From: Patescibacteria group bacterium
Lineage (GTDB): Bacteria > Patescibacteriota > Minisyncoccia > Phycocordibacterales > Zambryskibacteraceae
Assembly (NCBI GenBank): GCA_004322205.1
Contig: SCSN01000016.1
Coordinates: 27,118-91,117 of the forward strand
Direction of reading: 5' to 3'
Length of the DNA stretch: 64,000 nucleotides
Positions 25,557 through 35,920 of the stretch are shown one piece after another. The position numbers were made by a program, and so were the translations under genes. Every line of letters starts with the position of its first letter. The stretch's first letter is position 1. The notes beneath the pieces are model-generated. The model was given only the letters and a program-made list of their open reading frames with translations, made no database searches and was not told the DNA's origin.

Positions 25557-26153
25557 ATGCTTGAGTACATTCTCTTTTTCATCGGCATCATGGTTCTGGG
25601 GGACATTGCGCTTATTCCGCTAGTTTACTTCGCAGTAACCCACGCCTTAAGCTTACCCTCGGTTCTTTTGGCGGGCTTCTTGGCAGAACTGGGGAGTGAT
25701 TGCGTCTGGTATTGGATCGGGTACTCGTTCAACAAAGAATCGGTGTACCGCTTTTTCAAACTTAATCGATTGCAAAGCAAAAATCCTGAATTTTTCTCCG
25801 AATTCGCAAAGCGAGCCGACAAAATCCTTTTTCTATCAAAGTTCCTTTACGGCATCCGCGTTCCTGTACGAGTGCTCTACGGCATTGAAAAGCTTCCGTT
25901 CAAAAACTACTTGGCGATTAACATCTGGGGCTCGGTTCTGTGGCTTCTGCTTATTTCAGGTCTTGCTTTCACCCTTGATGTTAGCGCCGAGGAGCTCAAG
26001 CTCTACGTGCGGCGCGGCGAAATCGGGTTTACGGTCTTTTTCTTGTTTGTCTTTCTATTTGAAGTTTGGGCGAAAAGATACCTCAAGCGCTTTCTCGACT
26101 TCAAGAACAAATCATCCGGAACACAGTCACGCCCACGGCCACAGAAACATTGA
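25557..26153 (+). CDS. DedA/VTT-domain membrane protein
   Basis: It is multi-TM with ...FLSKFLYGIRVPV... typical of the DedA family. The start is trimmed to MLEYILFF. Confidence 0.65.
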   Translation: MLEYILFFIGIMVLGDIALIPLVYFAVTHALSLPSVLLAGFLAELGSDCVWYWIGYSFNKESVYRFFKLNRLQSKNPEFFSEFAKRADKILFLSKFLYGIRVPVRVLYGIEKLPFKNYLAINIWGSVLWLLLISGLAFTLDVSAEELKLYVRRGEIGFTVFFLFVFLFEVWAKRYLKRFLDFKNKSSGTQSRPRPQKH

Positions 26154-26574
26154 GAGACTCCTTTTTACCGTGCATGGGGATTTCAGCGATCACGTCAGCC
26201 AAATTTAAGACGCTTTCAGTCAGTCCGCCCACTTCGCTGCCGAAGATAAAGACGCAGGGAAATTTAATTTTAGCTTTTCTGTAATCTCTTGCTCGTCTCT
26301 CCTGTTCGACAGCAACCACAAACACTTTTTCTCTTTTGAGATTTTCAATAAGACGCCCGATATCTTTCCTCTTCTCCCACGACATCGTTCTCTCCGCTCC
26401 CAGCGCCACTTTGGCAATTTCTTTGACCCCGCGGCCAAAGCGATCGTGCGGTGCCGGCGTGTAACCGGTGAGATATATTTTCGAAACACCCGCCGCATCA
26501 GCCGTTCGAAAAATCGAACCGACGTTGTGGCAGCTTCTTATGTTGTGCAGAATAAGATAAACCTCTCTTTTCAT
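26101..26574 (-). CDS. SpoU/TrmH-family RNA 2'-O-methyltransferase
   Basis: YLILHNIRSCHNVGSIFRTADAAG...IFGSEVGGL are SPOUT motifs. Confidence 0.8.
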   Translation of the reverse strand: MKREVYLILHNIRSCHNVGSIFRTADAAGVSKIYLTGYTPAPHDRFGRGVKEIAKVALGAERTMSWEKRKDIGRLIENLKREKVFVVAVEQERRARDYRKAKIKFPCVFIFGSEVGGLTESVLNLADVIAEIPMHGKKESLNVSVAVGVTVFRMICS

Positions 26575-26654
26575 TTTATTCAGTCATCCGCCCGGCAGGC
26601 TCATCAAAACACCTATCTGACTTCCGACCTTAACTTTCATGCTAATATAACATT

Positions 26655-27059
26655 ATGCTGAATCCCTTCCCAAATCTCCTCGCCTATGGACTATTGGCAC
26701 CGTTGATTCTACGCCTTGTATTGGGACTTATTTTCCTTAACCTCGGCTACCTCAAACTCCGAGGAGAGCGCGAGCGTTGGCAGAAAGGTTTTGAGGTACT
26801 CCGTCTGCGTCCGGCGCGGGAGCTGGTAAAATTACTCGCTATAATTGAAATCGTCGGAGGCGCAGCTCTCATCGCGGGGTTCTACACTCAAATCGCGGCG
26901 CTTGTTTTTGCCGTCATAACTGCCCTTGAACTCTTCATCGAGTACCGAGAGGAAACACTTCTCAAACGCGACTTCGTTTTCTACTTTCTCGTCTTTGCCA
27001 TCTCACTCTCTCTTCTCTTCTCCGGCGCCGGTTTTTTTGCATTCGATTTACCGCTGTAG
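26655..27059 (+). CDS. DoxX-family membrane protein
   Basis: It has four TM helices with a DoxX-like pattern. Confidence 0.65.
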   Translation: MLNPFPNLLAYGLLAPLILRLVLGLIFLNLGYLKLRGERERWQKGFEVLRLRPARELVKLLAIIEIVGGAALIAGFYTQIAALVFAVITALELFIEYREETLLKRDFVFYFLVFAISLSLLFSGAGFFAFDLPL

Positions 27060-27094
27060 CAAATCGTACCTCGATTTGATACCATTTAAGGTAG

Positions 27095-27165
27095 CCCCCC
27101 ATAGCTCAATGGTAGAGCAACGGACTTTTAATCCGCTGATATGGGTTCGATTCCTATTGGGGGGA
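27095..27165 (+). tRNA. tRNA-Lys (anticodon TTT)
   Basis: Acceptor CCCCCCA/TGGGGGG, D-arm GCTC/GAGC, anticodon loop CTTTTAA and T-arm ATGGG-TTCGATT-CCTAT fit. Confidence 0.8.
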
Positions 27166-27167
27166 AT

Positions 27168-27998
27168 GTGAACACTTTCAAACAAATTTGCATAGAACTT
27201 AGACAAAAAGATCACACCCTTAATGAGATCGCAAGAATTACAAAAAGACCAAAAACATCAATATTTTTTCATATTCAAAATGTGCCATTAAGCCAAAAAA
27301 AGAAGAAAGAAATTATCAGGGCGAACATCGAAAGGCTCAAAAGAACTTCACCAAACAAAAAAGGTAAGAGTTTAAAATCTTTTAAGAAATTCGGAAAGTG
27401 GAATAAGAATAATGTTTTTTTTATTTCACACTTTCTTTTTGATGGAGAAATTAGGTATAACGGTTGTGTATATATAAACAGAAGTAAAATCTTGATTAAT
27501 AAAATGAAAGATGCAATAGGAAAAATCTACTCATATCCTCCTAAAAACTATTTCATTCAGGAAAGTGGTGTTTACAAAATTGCCTATTACAATGTTGCTT
27601 TAGCTAGTTATATTAAAAAAAGGTCTATACAACTAATCAAACAGGCGCCATATTTAGTCAAAGAACTTAAAAGAAAATTGATTCAGGCTTTTTTTGATGA
27701 TGAGGGTTGTATAGATTTTCGCCCAAAGGCTAACACCCGCAGGATTAGAGGATATCAAAAAAATATTTTTGTTCTTGAACTCATTCAAAAACTATTAGTG
27801 GATTTTGATATGGGTTCAAAAATTGTAAAACCAAATGAAATTGTCATCACGGGAAAAGAGAACTTAAATAAATTCCAAAAAGAAATTAATTTTTCAGCTG
27901 GAGTAAAAATAAATGGAAATCGTTCAAATAGTACATGGAAAAAATCTCTGGAGAAAAGAGAAATTTTAGATAGAGCAATTCACTCCTATCAGAATTGA
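27168..27998 (+). CDS. LAGLIDADG-family homing endonuclease (double-motif), AT-rich
   Basis: Two dodecapeptide-like motifs (ISHFLFDGEIRY and LIQAFFDDEGCIDF) about 105 aa apart resemble those of I-SceI-type enzymes. GC content is about 30% against about 50% in the flanks. The start codon is uncertain (GTG 27168 or internal), and the ATG at 27141 lies inside the tRNA. Confidence 0.55.
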   Translation: MNTFKQICIELRQKDHTLNEIARITKRPKTSIFFHIQNVPLSQKKKKEIIRANIERLKRTSPNKKGKSLKSFKKFGKWNKNNVFFISHFLFDGEIRYNGCVYINRSKILINKMKDAIGKIYSYPPKNYFIQESGVYKIAYYNVALASYIKKRSIQLIKQAPYLVKELKRKLIQAFFDDEGCIDFRPKANTRRIRGYQKNIFVLELIQKLLVDFDMGSKIVKPNEIVITGKENLNKFQKEINFSAGVKINGNRSNSTWKKSLEKREILDRAIHSYQN

Positions 27999-28002
27999 TA
28001 CA

Positions 28003-28035
28003 AGGTCAAGAACGCCACGAGTTCGATTCCTAATG
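28003..28035 (+). repeat. degenerate duplicate of the tRNA-Lys 3' end (gagttcgattcctaatgagggata) flanking the HEG insertion
   Basis: It matches about 22/26 to 27142-27167 (gggttcgattcctattggggggaa). Confidence 0.6.
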
Positions 28036-28387
28036 AGGGATATAAACACCCCTCTCCATCAGTCGCGCTACACTAAATACGGATGCACACAGCCATCAGG
28101 AGGTCGTATGTTCTCGTCCTATGAGGTCTATCTTTCAATTGAAAGAAGGGCGAATGGGATAATGCACGTGCGACACTTCTGCTGTAACGGGAAGACACAC
28201 GTCGTCAGGCTTGAAGTCCTCGAACAACAAGGCAAGCGAGAAGTCGTTGCCAGAATCCGCTACCTTATGTGGCGTGATTGTGACAGAAGCTGCCTCGGAC
28301 GTGAGATCGTCGGCATTGTGGTATGCCCCGCGCACCCTTGAACGCCACCCCACCTCGGATGGCGTTCATTCATTTCAAATTTCAATT

Positions 28388-29110
28388 CTAAATCCCCAGC
28401 ACAAATCTCTCGAGGGCAATATCAAAATCTAAAATGCCGCGGCGGGTGTCGTGGTAGAGCCGCACTAAATCAGAAGAGAGTTTGTTGAGTTCGTCTTTGG
28501 TGAAGTTTCTGGCAAAGCCCAGCGACTTGCGGTAGACAAAAGGATTAAGCCCTGCCTCGCTCGCCCCTTTTGAACCGCGCGCGGCAATCATGGCCTTGAC
28601 TTGCCAGAAAAAGAGACGATGCATCTCTTCCGGCTCAATTCCCTCTCGCAATCCTCGCTGAAACAAAATCCAGAGACGCTTGCGGTCTCTAGCGCCAAGA
28701 GCATCAGTCAGAGTAAAAACATTGAATTCCTTGACAGTAGACTTTGTTTTTTTGGCGTCAGAAAATTCCTGGACCCGCTCGACATACTTTGAAACCCGTT
28801 TAATGAGCTCCTTGGGCATCTCTCCTTCAACAAAAATAAAAATGTTTGGAGAAAGAGAAATTTCTTCGAGTTTACTAAGCACCACCTCGCCCGACTCTGG
28901 CAGGAGAAGCAAACCGTCGAGTACTATGAGGAAGCGCGTGATAAAAAGGCCTTGGCTAGACGTAAATTCTTCGAGCCTGCCCTCACTCCAGTTGTCCTCA
29001 CTGATGCGGAAGTGGGCGGCGTCGGGTTTTTTCTTCATCTGTGAATTGACAATCTGGCGCAACTTGCCGCGCACTTTATTGAAATTGTTGCCGTGGAGAA
29101 GGTAGATCAT
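28388..29110 (-). CDS. holA: DNA polymerase III delta subunit (HolA)
   Basis: The N-terminus MIYLLHGNN is typical of delta subunits, with matching length and helical C-terminus. Confidence 0.65.
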   Translation of the reverse strand: MIYLLHGNNFNKVRGKLRQIVNSQMKKKPDAAHFRISEDNWSEGRLEEFTSSQGLFITRFLIVLDGLLLLPESGEVVLSKLEEISLSPNIFIFVEGEMPKELIKRVSKYVERVQEFSDAKKTKSTVKEFNVFTLTDALGARDRKRLWILFQRGLREGIEPEEMHRLFFWQVKAMIAARGSKGASEAGLNPFVYRKSLGFARNFTKDELNKLSSDLVRLYHDTRRGILDFDIALERFVLGI

Positions 29111-29119
29111 AAAAACGAA

Positions 29120-31546
29120 TCACGAATCACGGATATCAAGCCCGTTCATCTCTCCCCAATTTTTGCCGCAGGCGGCGTTGGCAGTACAGACAATTCCCTC
29201 TGATTTTTCTTTCGGCACAATGCTCTCCATAATTTTTTTTATTTGCGGCGCGACCGTATCCACCAGAGAACTTTTAACTTCAAAGAGGAGCTCATCGTGG
29301 ATTTGCAGAATCATGCGCACGTTGTCGCCAAGCCCCTCTTTCTCAACCCAGCGGGCAATGTCGCGCATAGCAATTTTTATAATATCGGCCGCCGTGCCCT
29401 GAAAGGGGGCATTGACTGCCATCCGCTCCGCTGCCGCCTTTATGTAGGGAATTTTTGACTTAATCCCCTCAAAGTACCTGCGCCTGCCGAAAAGAGTCTC
29501 AGTGTAGCCCTTCCTCTCCGCTTCCGACTTGACGTGATCAAGATAGCGCGCAAGAACACTAAATGTTTTAAAGTACTCGGCCAGATAGGCGGCAGCATCA
29601 CCGCGCGATGTGCCGAGGTTGCCCCGGAGAGCGTTTACTCCCATACCGTAGAGAATTCCGAAATTAATGACTTTGGCGCGGCGGCGCATCTCTTTGTCAA
29701 CCTTCTCCTGCGGCACCTTGAAAACATAAGAAGCCACGGCGGCGTGAACGTCTTCGTCATTTCGGAAGATCCGGAGAAGTTTTGAATCCTTGGAGAGAAT
29801 GGCCGCCACTCGCAGTTCAATCTGGGAGTAGTCAAAAGAAAGCAGAGTAAATCCGCGTTCGGCAGTGAAAGCCCGCCGGATGTTTCTCCCTAGCTCGGTT
29901 TTAATGGGGATGTTTTGGAGGTTGGGAGAGGTCGAAGCCATTCTGCCGGTAGTTGTCCCCGCTTGCTTGAGGTTCGTGTGCAAGCGATTGCCAGCGTCGA
30001 GAAGCGGCGGTATATTATCAATGTAGGTAGAGAGAAGTTTGGCAAACTCCCGATACTCTAGAATATGAGAAACAATCGGGTGAGCTCGGAGTTTCTCAAG
30101 CTCCGACTCACGCGTCGAGCGCATGCCGCCGGGAGTCAAACGCTCTCTCTTGGCGGAAAGACCAAGCTTGTCGAAGAGAACAGTCCCAAGCTGACGGGGG
30201 GAGTTAATGTTGAATTCTTCCCCGGCTTCGCTCCAAATCCGTTTCTCACGCTCGCCAAGCTCGCGGTGATACTCTTTGGAGAGAGCTTTCAAATAGGCGC
30301 GGTCAATTTTGACTCCCCGCTCTTCCATTGCTCTCACCACCGGAACGAGCGGTTTCTCGATTTCTTCATAAACAAAGGTGAGGTTTCGCCGCTTTATTTC
30401 GGCGAGAACTTTCTCTTTGGCCTGCGTAAACGAGCGCGTTCGGGCGAAGCGGAGAATATCGTCAAGCGTCGGATTGGTGGTGTTTGAATCTATAAGCCAG
30501 AGCGCGAGTGCTATCTCCTCGACCTCTTGCGGGGAGAGATTTTCGTTTTCGACGACATTGAACGAAGGCTGCGCTCGCTCTACACGCTGCCCATCATTTT
30601 GCCGAAGCGCTTCCTTGAGACGACTGCCGAGTGTTCGGAATTCAAAACGGGCGAAGGTCTGCTCTGCTTTTCCCATATCAAAACCCTCCCGCCACAGACG
30701 CTCTGGGAGAGCAAAGACAATAGGTACATCGCGGCGGATAGTGGCGAGCATTTTGGAGAAGTGCGCTTCTTCTTCGTTGTCGGCTAAAAGTTTCACTTGC
30801 CGTTTGGTGAAGCCCTTCTGTGAGAATTTTTCAGGGTGCTTCTTTAGCTCTTGGTACATCTCTTCGATAGAGCCGAAGTTTTTCACAAGAATGGAGGCGG
30901 TCTTTTCCCCAACGCCCTTGACTCCGGGGATATTGTCCGATGGATCGCCTCGCAGTCCCTTAAAATCCGGCAGAAGTTCGGGCGGGAATCCGAAGCGCTC
31001 TGCCACGCGCTTCTCGTCATAGAGCACGGTGTCGGAGAGACCCTTACGCAGGGTATAGACCACCACCCGATCTCCCTCGACCAGCTGAAGCGTGTCCATG
31101 TCGCCCGAGGCGATAATGATTTTGAGACTCTCGTTTTCCTTCGTTTGTTCCACAATGGCTCCCAAAATGTCGTCCGCCTCAAAGCCCGGTTCGGCATAAA
31201 CCGGAATGGCAAGAGCTTCAAAGAGTTCGCGAGAATGCTCGATTTGAAAGGCAAGATCGTCTTCAAGCTTGGGACGCTTGGCTTTGTACTCCTCATAGGC
31301 TTCATGGCGATAGGTGGGGCCGGGCAGATCGTAGGCGGCGGCGACATAGTCAGGTTTGAGATCAGAGAGCGCCCGGATGAGCATTGCCGCCAGCCCGTAA
31401 AGAGCACCCGTCGGTTCACCTTGCGAAGTTGAAAACTCGGGCAGGGCGTGATAGGCGCGGTGGAGAATGGCATGAGCGTCAAGCAGGACAAGAGTTTTCC
31501 TGTCGCCGTCCCCAACCTTCCCTCTTTCAGATTTGCCTTTAATCAT
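29120..31546 (-). CDS. polA: DNA polymerase I
   Basis: It has a 5'-3' exonuclease domain and a polymerase domain with motifs RRRAKVINFGILYGMG and QIHDELLFE. Confidence 0.9.
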   Translation of the reverse strand: MIKGKSERGKVGDGDRKTLVLLDAHAILHRAYHALPEFSTSQGEPTGALYGLAAMLIRALSDLKPDYVAAAYDLPGPTYRHEAYEEYKAKRPKLEDDLAFQIEHSRELFEALAIPVYAEPGFEADDILGAIVEQTKENESLKIIIASGDMDTLQLVEGDRVVVYTLRKGLSDTVLYDEKRVAERFGFPPELLPDFKGLRGDPSDNIPGVKGVGEKTASILVKNFGSIEEMYQELKKHPEKFSQKGFTKRQVKLLADNEEEAHFSKMLATIRRDVPIVFALPERLWREGFDMGKAEQTFARFEFRTLGSRLKEALRQNDGQRVERAQPSFNVVENENLSPQEVEEIALALWLIDSNTTNPTLDDILRFARTRSFTQAKEKVLAEIKRRNLTFVYEEIEKPLVPVVRAMEERGVKIDRAYLKALSKEYHRELGEREKRIWSEAGEEFNINSPRQLGTVLFDKLGLSAKRERLTPGGMRSTRESELEKLRAHPIVSHILEYREFAKLLSTYIDNIPPLLDAGNRLHTNLKQAGTTTGRMASTSPNLQNIPIKTELGRNIRRAFTAERGFTLLSFDYSQIELRVAAILSKDSKLLRIFRNDEDVHAAVASYVFKVPQEKVDKEMRRRAKVINFGILYGMGVNALRGNLGTSRGDAAAYLAEYFKTFSVLARYLDHVKSEAERKGYTETLFGRRRYFEGIKSKIPYIKAAAERMAVNAPFQGTAADIIKIAMRDIARWVEKEGLGDNVRMILQIHDELLFEVKSSLVDTVAPQIKKIMESIVPKEKSEGIVCTANAACGKNWGEMNGLDIRDS

Positions 31547-31565
31547 TAAACTAAATCAGAGACTT

Positions 31566-32078
31566 TTAGCTTCCCAGCTTCATTGGCTTTTTAGGAAGGG
31601 CGATGCGTCGGGAAGTTTCATTGATAAATCGGAAACGGACAATCTGTGTGCCGCGAGGCAGAATCTCGCGCACTCGTTCAGGCCATTCAAGGAGAATTAG
31701 GTTTCGAGGATCGGAGACAATTTCGCGCCAGCCGAGACGCAGAAGTTCTTCGGGTTTTTCAATACGGTAGGCATCAACGTGAATTAGATGCAACCAGCGA
31801 CCAACCTGCCTTGCCGGCAGGCGGGCAACTGACAACCGACGATCGGGAGACGAAATTTTGAAAGTTTTCATGATTACAAAAGTTGGGCTGGTAACCGTCT
31901 CCCTGACACCAAGGAGTTTTGCTACGCACTTGGCGAAGGCCGTTTTACCGGCCCCGAGATTACCGGCAAGACCAAGAACGGTCGCGCCACCCTTCTGCGG
32001 CGCAAGAGTTTTGAGAAGTTGTCTGGCGCATCGCTCGGTTTCAGCAATGTTTTTGGAAAGAAGCACTCTCATTCTCAA
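31566..32078 (-). CDS. tsaE: tRNA threonylcarbamoyladenosine biosynthesis ATPase TsaE
   Basis: The P-loop GNLGAGKTAF, the SPTF motif and HVDAYR are present. Confidence 0.8.
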   Translation of the reverse strand: MRMRVLLSKNIAETERCARQLLKTLAPQKGGATVLGLAGNLGAGKTAFAKCVAKLLGVRETVTSPTFVIMKTFKISSPDRRLSVARLPARQVGRWLHLIHVDAYRIEKPEELLRLGWREIVSDPRNLILLEWPERVREILPRGTQIVRFRFINETSRRIALPKKPMKLGS

Positions 32079-32162
32079 GACTCCATTCTAGTTTTTCGGC
32101 ACAAAAAGGAAAGGGCGCGGAACATTGTTCGTTCCGCGCCCGCCTGCCCGCAGACAAGAGCT

Positions 32163-32711
32163 CTAGTAGCTACCGTTGGTCTGGACGAAGGCACACCGGC
32201 CCTGCTCATCGGCAAGCTTGCCGATGAGCGCGATGGACTGACCTCCGTATCCGTAAGAAGAGTACGAGTAGCTATACCCGTAGCCCTGCTGGTAGCCAGG
32301 GATAAACACCCGGACTACCGCGCAGCCTACGGGTTCTGCCTGTCTCTCTCGAAATCCAACAACGAGATACTCTCGCGTCTCGTTGTTGCAAGTCGTTCCC
32401 CCGTAGTAGTGGGGGGAGAAGCTGCGGCGCCGTCCACGCCCATAGTAGTAGCCGTAGTAGGCGTAAGGATTGTAGCACTCCCTATTGAGCGCGCGGAAGT
32501 GAATAAGATCACCGCGCCGCCCAACGGCCAGAGTGTCCGGTCCCTCAACTACCACTACGTAGTCAGCGTCAGGTCCGTTGTAAATCATCTGGACCCGAGG
32601 GCGAGTGTCGAGCCAGTTGCGGACCTCGGACGCGGGAGCCGTCTCCACACGCAGGACACCACAACCACCGAGAAATGCGGCAAGCACGAGTGTGAAAAGA
32701 ACCTTGGACAT
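32163..32711 (-). CDS. Tyr/Gly-rich lipoprotein (hypothetical)
   Basis: It has a signal peptide with lipobox LGGCG, then a YGYSYSYSSYGYGG low-complexity region. It is GC-rich. Confidence 0.45.
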   Translation of the reverse strand: MSKVLFTLVLAAFLGGCGVLRVETAPASEVRNWLDTRPRVQMIYNGPDADYVVVVEGPDTLAVGRRGDLIHFRALNRECYNPYAYYGYYYGRGRRRSFSPHYYGGTTCNNETREYLVVGFRERQAEPVGCAVVRVFIPGYQQGYGYSYSYSSYGYGGQSIALIGKLADEQGRCAFVQTNGSY

Positions 32712-32835
32712 TTGGAACCTCCAGGAAAGAGTTCGGTCATTCGGGATTTATTTAATTATACCATACTTCGTATTAAAATGTCAAGCAAAACCTGTGCACG
32801 GAAAAGGGCTAACTTTGGTGCTACAATGAGGAGAA

Positions 32836-34521
32836 ATGGTAGTCGAATTTAACGAAGAAAAACAGGAGAAGAAAATAGCCGATCTGCGGAAGCGTGAGGA
32901 AGAAGAACTGGCTCGCGCTCTCTCCGCCAAATATGGCGTGAGCTACCTCGACCTCTCGGCCGTACCCATTAACATTGGGGCCCTGCGCACCGTCCCGGAA
33001 GCAGAGGCCAGAGCGGCAAACATCGCTCCCTTCAATATCGTTAACAAAAACATCGACGTAGCGGTGCTCTCGCCCGAGCACCCAAAAACTCTTGAAGCTC
33101 TGGAGAGTCTTCGCCAAAAAGGATACAACCCCACCCCCTACATGGTCTCCCACGAGAGCCTAAGCAAAGTCTGGGGACGCTACAAGGATCTCTCATTCTC
33201 ATTTGAAACCAGAAGCGGAGCGATTGATATCTCAAATGAAGAAATCGTCGAGCTTCTTAAGCATGTCACCTCCCTCTCCGCCATCAGGGCAAAAATCGAG
33301 GAGGTTCTGGCGCAGACAGCGGGCTTTCGCATCTCGCGAATCCTCGAAATCATCATCGCCGGAGCTCTTTCCGTCAACTCCTCCGACGTACATTTTGAAC
33401 CGGAAGAAGACGACGTGCGCTTGCGCTACCGCCTCGACGGAGTGCTCACTGACATTCTTCGCTTTGATCAGGAAACTTATCGCTTTCTGCTCTCGCGCGT
33501 CAAACTTGTCTCGAATTTGAAACTCAACATCACCGGAGCGCAGGACGGACGCTTCACCATTAAACTCCCCGAGGTGGAGATTGAAATCCGCACCTCAATC
33601 CTGCCCGGCGCCTACAACGAGACGATTGTGCTGCGCATTCTCAACCCCTCGGCTATTTCTGTGCCCCTTGAGAAACTTGGTATTCATCTGCTACTTCTGG
33701 AAATTCTCCAGCGTGAAATCGCTAAACCGACTGGCATGATTCTTGCCACCGGGCCCACTGGCTCGGGGAAAACCACAACCCTCTACGCCTTTTTAAAGAA
33801 AGTCCACAAACCGGAAATCAAGATTATTACAATCGAAAACCCCATTGAGTATCACCTGCCGGGCATTGTCCAGACCCAGACCAACCCCGATCGTGGTTAC
33901 ACTTTTTCCGAAGGGCTTCGCTCTGCGCTGCGGCAGGACCCCGACATCATCATGGTCGGTGAAATCCGCGACGCCGAAACAGCAGAAATCGCCGTGAACG
34001 CCGCCCTGACCGGACACTTGGTCTTCTCCACCTTGCACACCAACGACGCCGCCGGTTCATTCCCCCGCCTTATTGATCTTGGCGTTAACCCCAAGATTAT
34101 TACCTCCGCCATCAATGTCTCCATCGCCCAGCGTCTGGTCCGCCGGCTCTGCCCAGACTGCAAGCAAAAAGTTTCTCCCTCCGCCGTCGAGAAAAAACTT
34201 ATTAATGAAACGCTTGAGAGTATTAGAGACCGCCGCTACCTTGAGGGTGTGGAGCAAGAGTTTGTCTGGAAAGCCGACGGTTGCGAGCGCTGCCAGATGA
34301 CAGGATATAAAGGGAGAATAGGGATTTTTGAGGCAATCCTCACTGATGAAGCTGTTGAAGCGGTGGTCCGTGAAAACCCAAGTGAACGTGAAGTCAAACG
34401 CGCGGCGGCTCCCCAGAATATTCTTGATTTGCGGCAAGACGGCATACTCAAGGTGCTCAGCGGCACCACTTCACTTGAAGAACTCGGACGCGTCGTTGAT
34501 CTTGGCGCTAAGCTTTCGTGA
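32836..34521 (+). CDS. pilB: type IV pilus assembly / type II secretion ATPase (PilB/GspE family)
   Basis: Walker A is TGPTGSGKTTT. It also has the Asp box, Walker B, His box, an N-terminal GSPII_E_N region and a zinc tetracysteine CPDC...CERC. Confidence 0.85.
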   Translation: MVVEFNEEKQEKKIADLRKREEEELARALSAKYGVSYLDLSAVPINIGALRTVPEAEARAANIAPFNIVNKNIDVAVLSPEHPKTLEALESLRQKGYNPTPYMVSHESLSKVWGRYKDLSFSFETRSGAIDISNEEIVELLKHVTSLSAIRAKIEEVLAQTAGFRISRILEIIIAGALSVNSSDVHFEPEEDDVRLRYRLDGVLTDILRFDQETYRFLLSRVKLVSNLKLNITGAQDGRFTIKLPEVEIEIRTSILPGAYNETIVLRILNPSAISVPLEKLGIHLLLLEILQREIAKPTGMILATGPTGSGKTTTLYAFLKKVHKPEIKIITIENPIEYHLPGIVQTQTNPDRGYTFSEGLRSALRQDPDIIMVGEIRDAETAEIAVNAALTGHLVFSTLHTNDAAGSFPRLIDLGVNPKIITSAINVSIAQRLVRRLCPDCKQKVSPSAVEKKLINETLESIRDRRYLEGVEQEFVWKADGCERCQMTGYKGRIGIFEAILTDEAVEAVVRENPSEREVKRAAAPQNILDLRQDGILKVLSGTTSLEELGRVVDLGAKLS

Positions 34522-34897
34522 TCACTCCACCTCAAGCAATTCCCAAAAAGCAAATCCACAATATACATTGCGCCCCACAACAAAGTGTGAATAATGAGGA
34601 GAGAAAGAGAAATCCCCCTGTGAGATGGTCCCGCATGCGCGGAGCGACATCTCACGGGGGATCTCCAAGCCACGAACCTCTAAGCAACACTTTTAATAGA
34701 AGTACTAAAAGTCCGACACTTCTCAGAGGATAGCCCCAGGGACGTCGAGACGCACCAGAACGTCCTCGATGAAGTGGCTGATCGGCTCTTGCGAGCCTTG
34801 TTGCTTAGAGATTCGTTGCTTGGAAGAACTTCCAGAAACTCCAGAAGGGAGCACCGGGGAACTGGGAACAACCAGAGTTTAGCATAAAAATCTTCCC

Positions 34898-35917
34898 ATG
34901 TCAAGAAACACGGCAAAGGCGAACGGGGGCAACACTCTCGAGAGCTTGGACCAGGCACTCCGCCCAACCCGTTGGGACGAATACGTTGGGCAGGAAACGG
35001 TCAAAAAAAACCTCCAGATTCTCCTGGATGCTGCTCGAGAGCGTGCTCACCTACCCGAACACCTTCTCTTCTACGGACCGCCGGGGCTCGGCAAAACTAC
35101 CCTCGCTCATCTAATTGCCAAGGAGGCTGCCGCCGCCATGAAAGCCACCTCCGGACCCGCTCTCGAGAAGGTCGGGGACTTGGCGGCTATCCTCACGAAC
35201 TTATCGCCGGGCGACATCTTTTTTATTGATGAGATCCACCGTCTCAACAAAACTATCGAGGAGGTTCTCTACCCGGCAATGGAATCTGGAACACTGGATA
35301 TTATCATAGGCAAGGGTCCTTCAGCAAGAACCATCGCTCTTGAGCTCCCCCCCTTCACCCTCATCGCCGCCACTACCAAAATAGCCCTTATCTCCTCGCC
35401 CCTGCGCTCCCGCTTTTCCGGTGGAATTTTCCGTCTTGATTTCTATTCAGTGCCAGAAATTGAGAAAATTCTCCGCCGCTCTGCTCAAATTCTTGGTGTG
35501 ACGGTCGCCCCTGACGCCCTAGCCGAAATTGCCAGACGAAGCAGATTCACTCCACGCACCGCCAACTATCTTCTCAAGCGCTCACGAGACTTCGCCCAGG
35601 TGCATAAACAAAAGATGAACCGCAAGACCGTGGAGGAAGCGCTTGAGCTTCTCGGTGTCGATGGGGAGGGGCTGGCACCGTCCGACCGCGCCATCCTCGA
35701 AGCTATCGCTTTCAAGTTTTCCGGCGGTCCTGTCGGTCTCAACACTCTGGCCGCTTCTCTAGCCGAAGAAGAGGCAACGATTGAAGAATTCAACGAGCCC
35801 TATCTCATGCAGATTGGCTTTCTGGAACGCACTCCGCGAGGTAGAGCCGTCACTCCGCGAGGCTTCGAACACATTCGCGCTATATCTCAGTTAGCGAAAC
35901 AAGAAAAACTTCTATGA
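34898..35917 (+). CDS. ruvB: Holliday junction DNA helicase RuvB
   Basis: LLFYGPPGLGKTTLAHLIA (AAA+ Walker A) and full-length RuvB similarity are present. Confidence 0.9.
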   Translation: MSRNTAKANGGNTLESLDQALRPTRWDEYVGQETVKKNLQILLDAARERAHLPEHLLFYGPPGLGKTTLAHLIAKEAAAAMKATSGPALEKVGDLAAILTNLSPGDIFFIDEIHRLNKTIEEVLYPAMESGTLDIIIGKGPSARTIALELPPFTLIAATTKIALISSPLRSRFSGGIFRLDFYSVPEIEKILRRSAQILGVTVAPDALAEIARRSRFTPRTANYLLKRSRDFAQVHKQKMNRKTVEEALELLGVDGEGLAPSDRAILEAIAFKFSGGPVGLNTLAASLAEEEATIEEFNEPYLMQIGFLERTPRGRAVTPRGFEHIRAISQLAKQEKLL

Positions 35918-35920
35918 AGT

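Noticed and set aside
30378-31515. Plus- and minus-strand ORFs of 190-214 aa inside polA, and similar antisense ORFs inside tyrS, dnaA, uvrD, virB4 and PBP1A
   Set aside because: They are antisense or out-of-frame within strongly supported genes.
32019-32852. 277-aa plus-strand ORF overlapping tsaE and the Tyr/Gly-rich lipoprotein gene
   Set aside because: It is GC-rich antisense, and the minus-strand genes have clear signatures.
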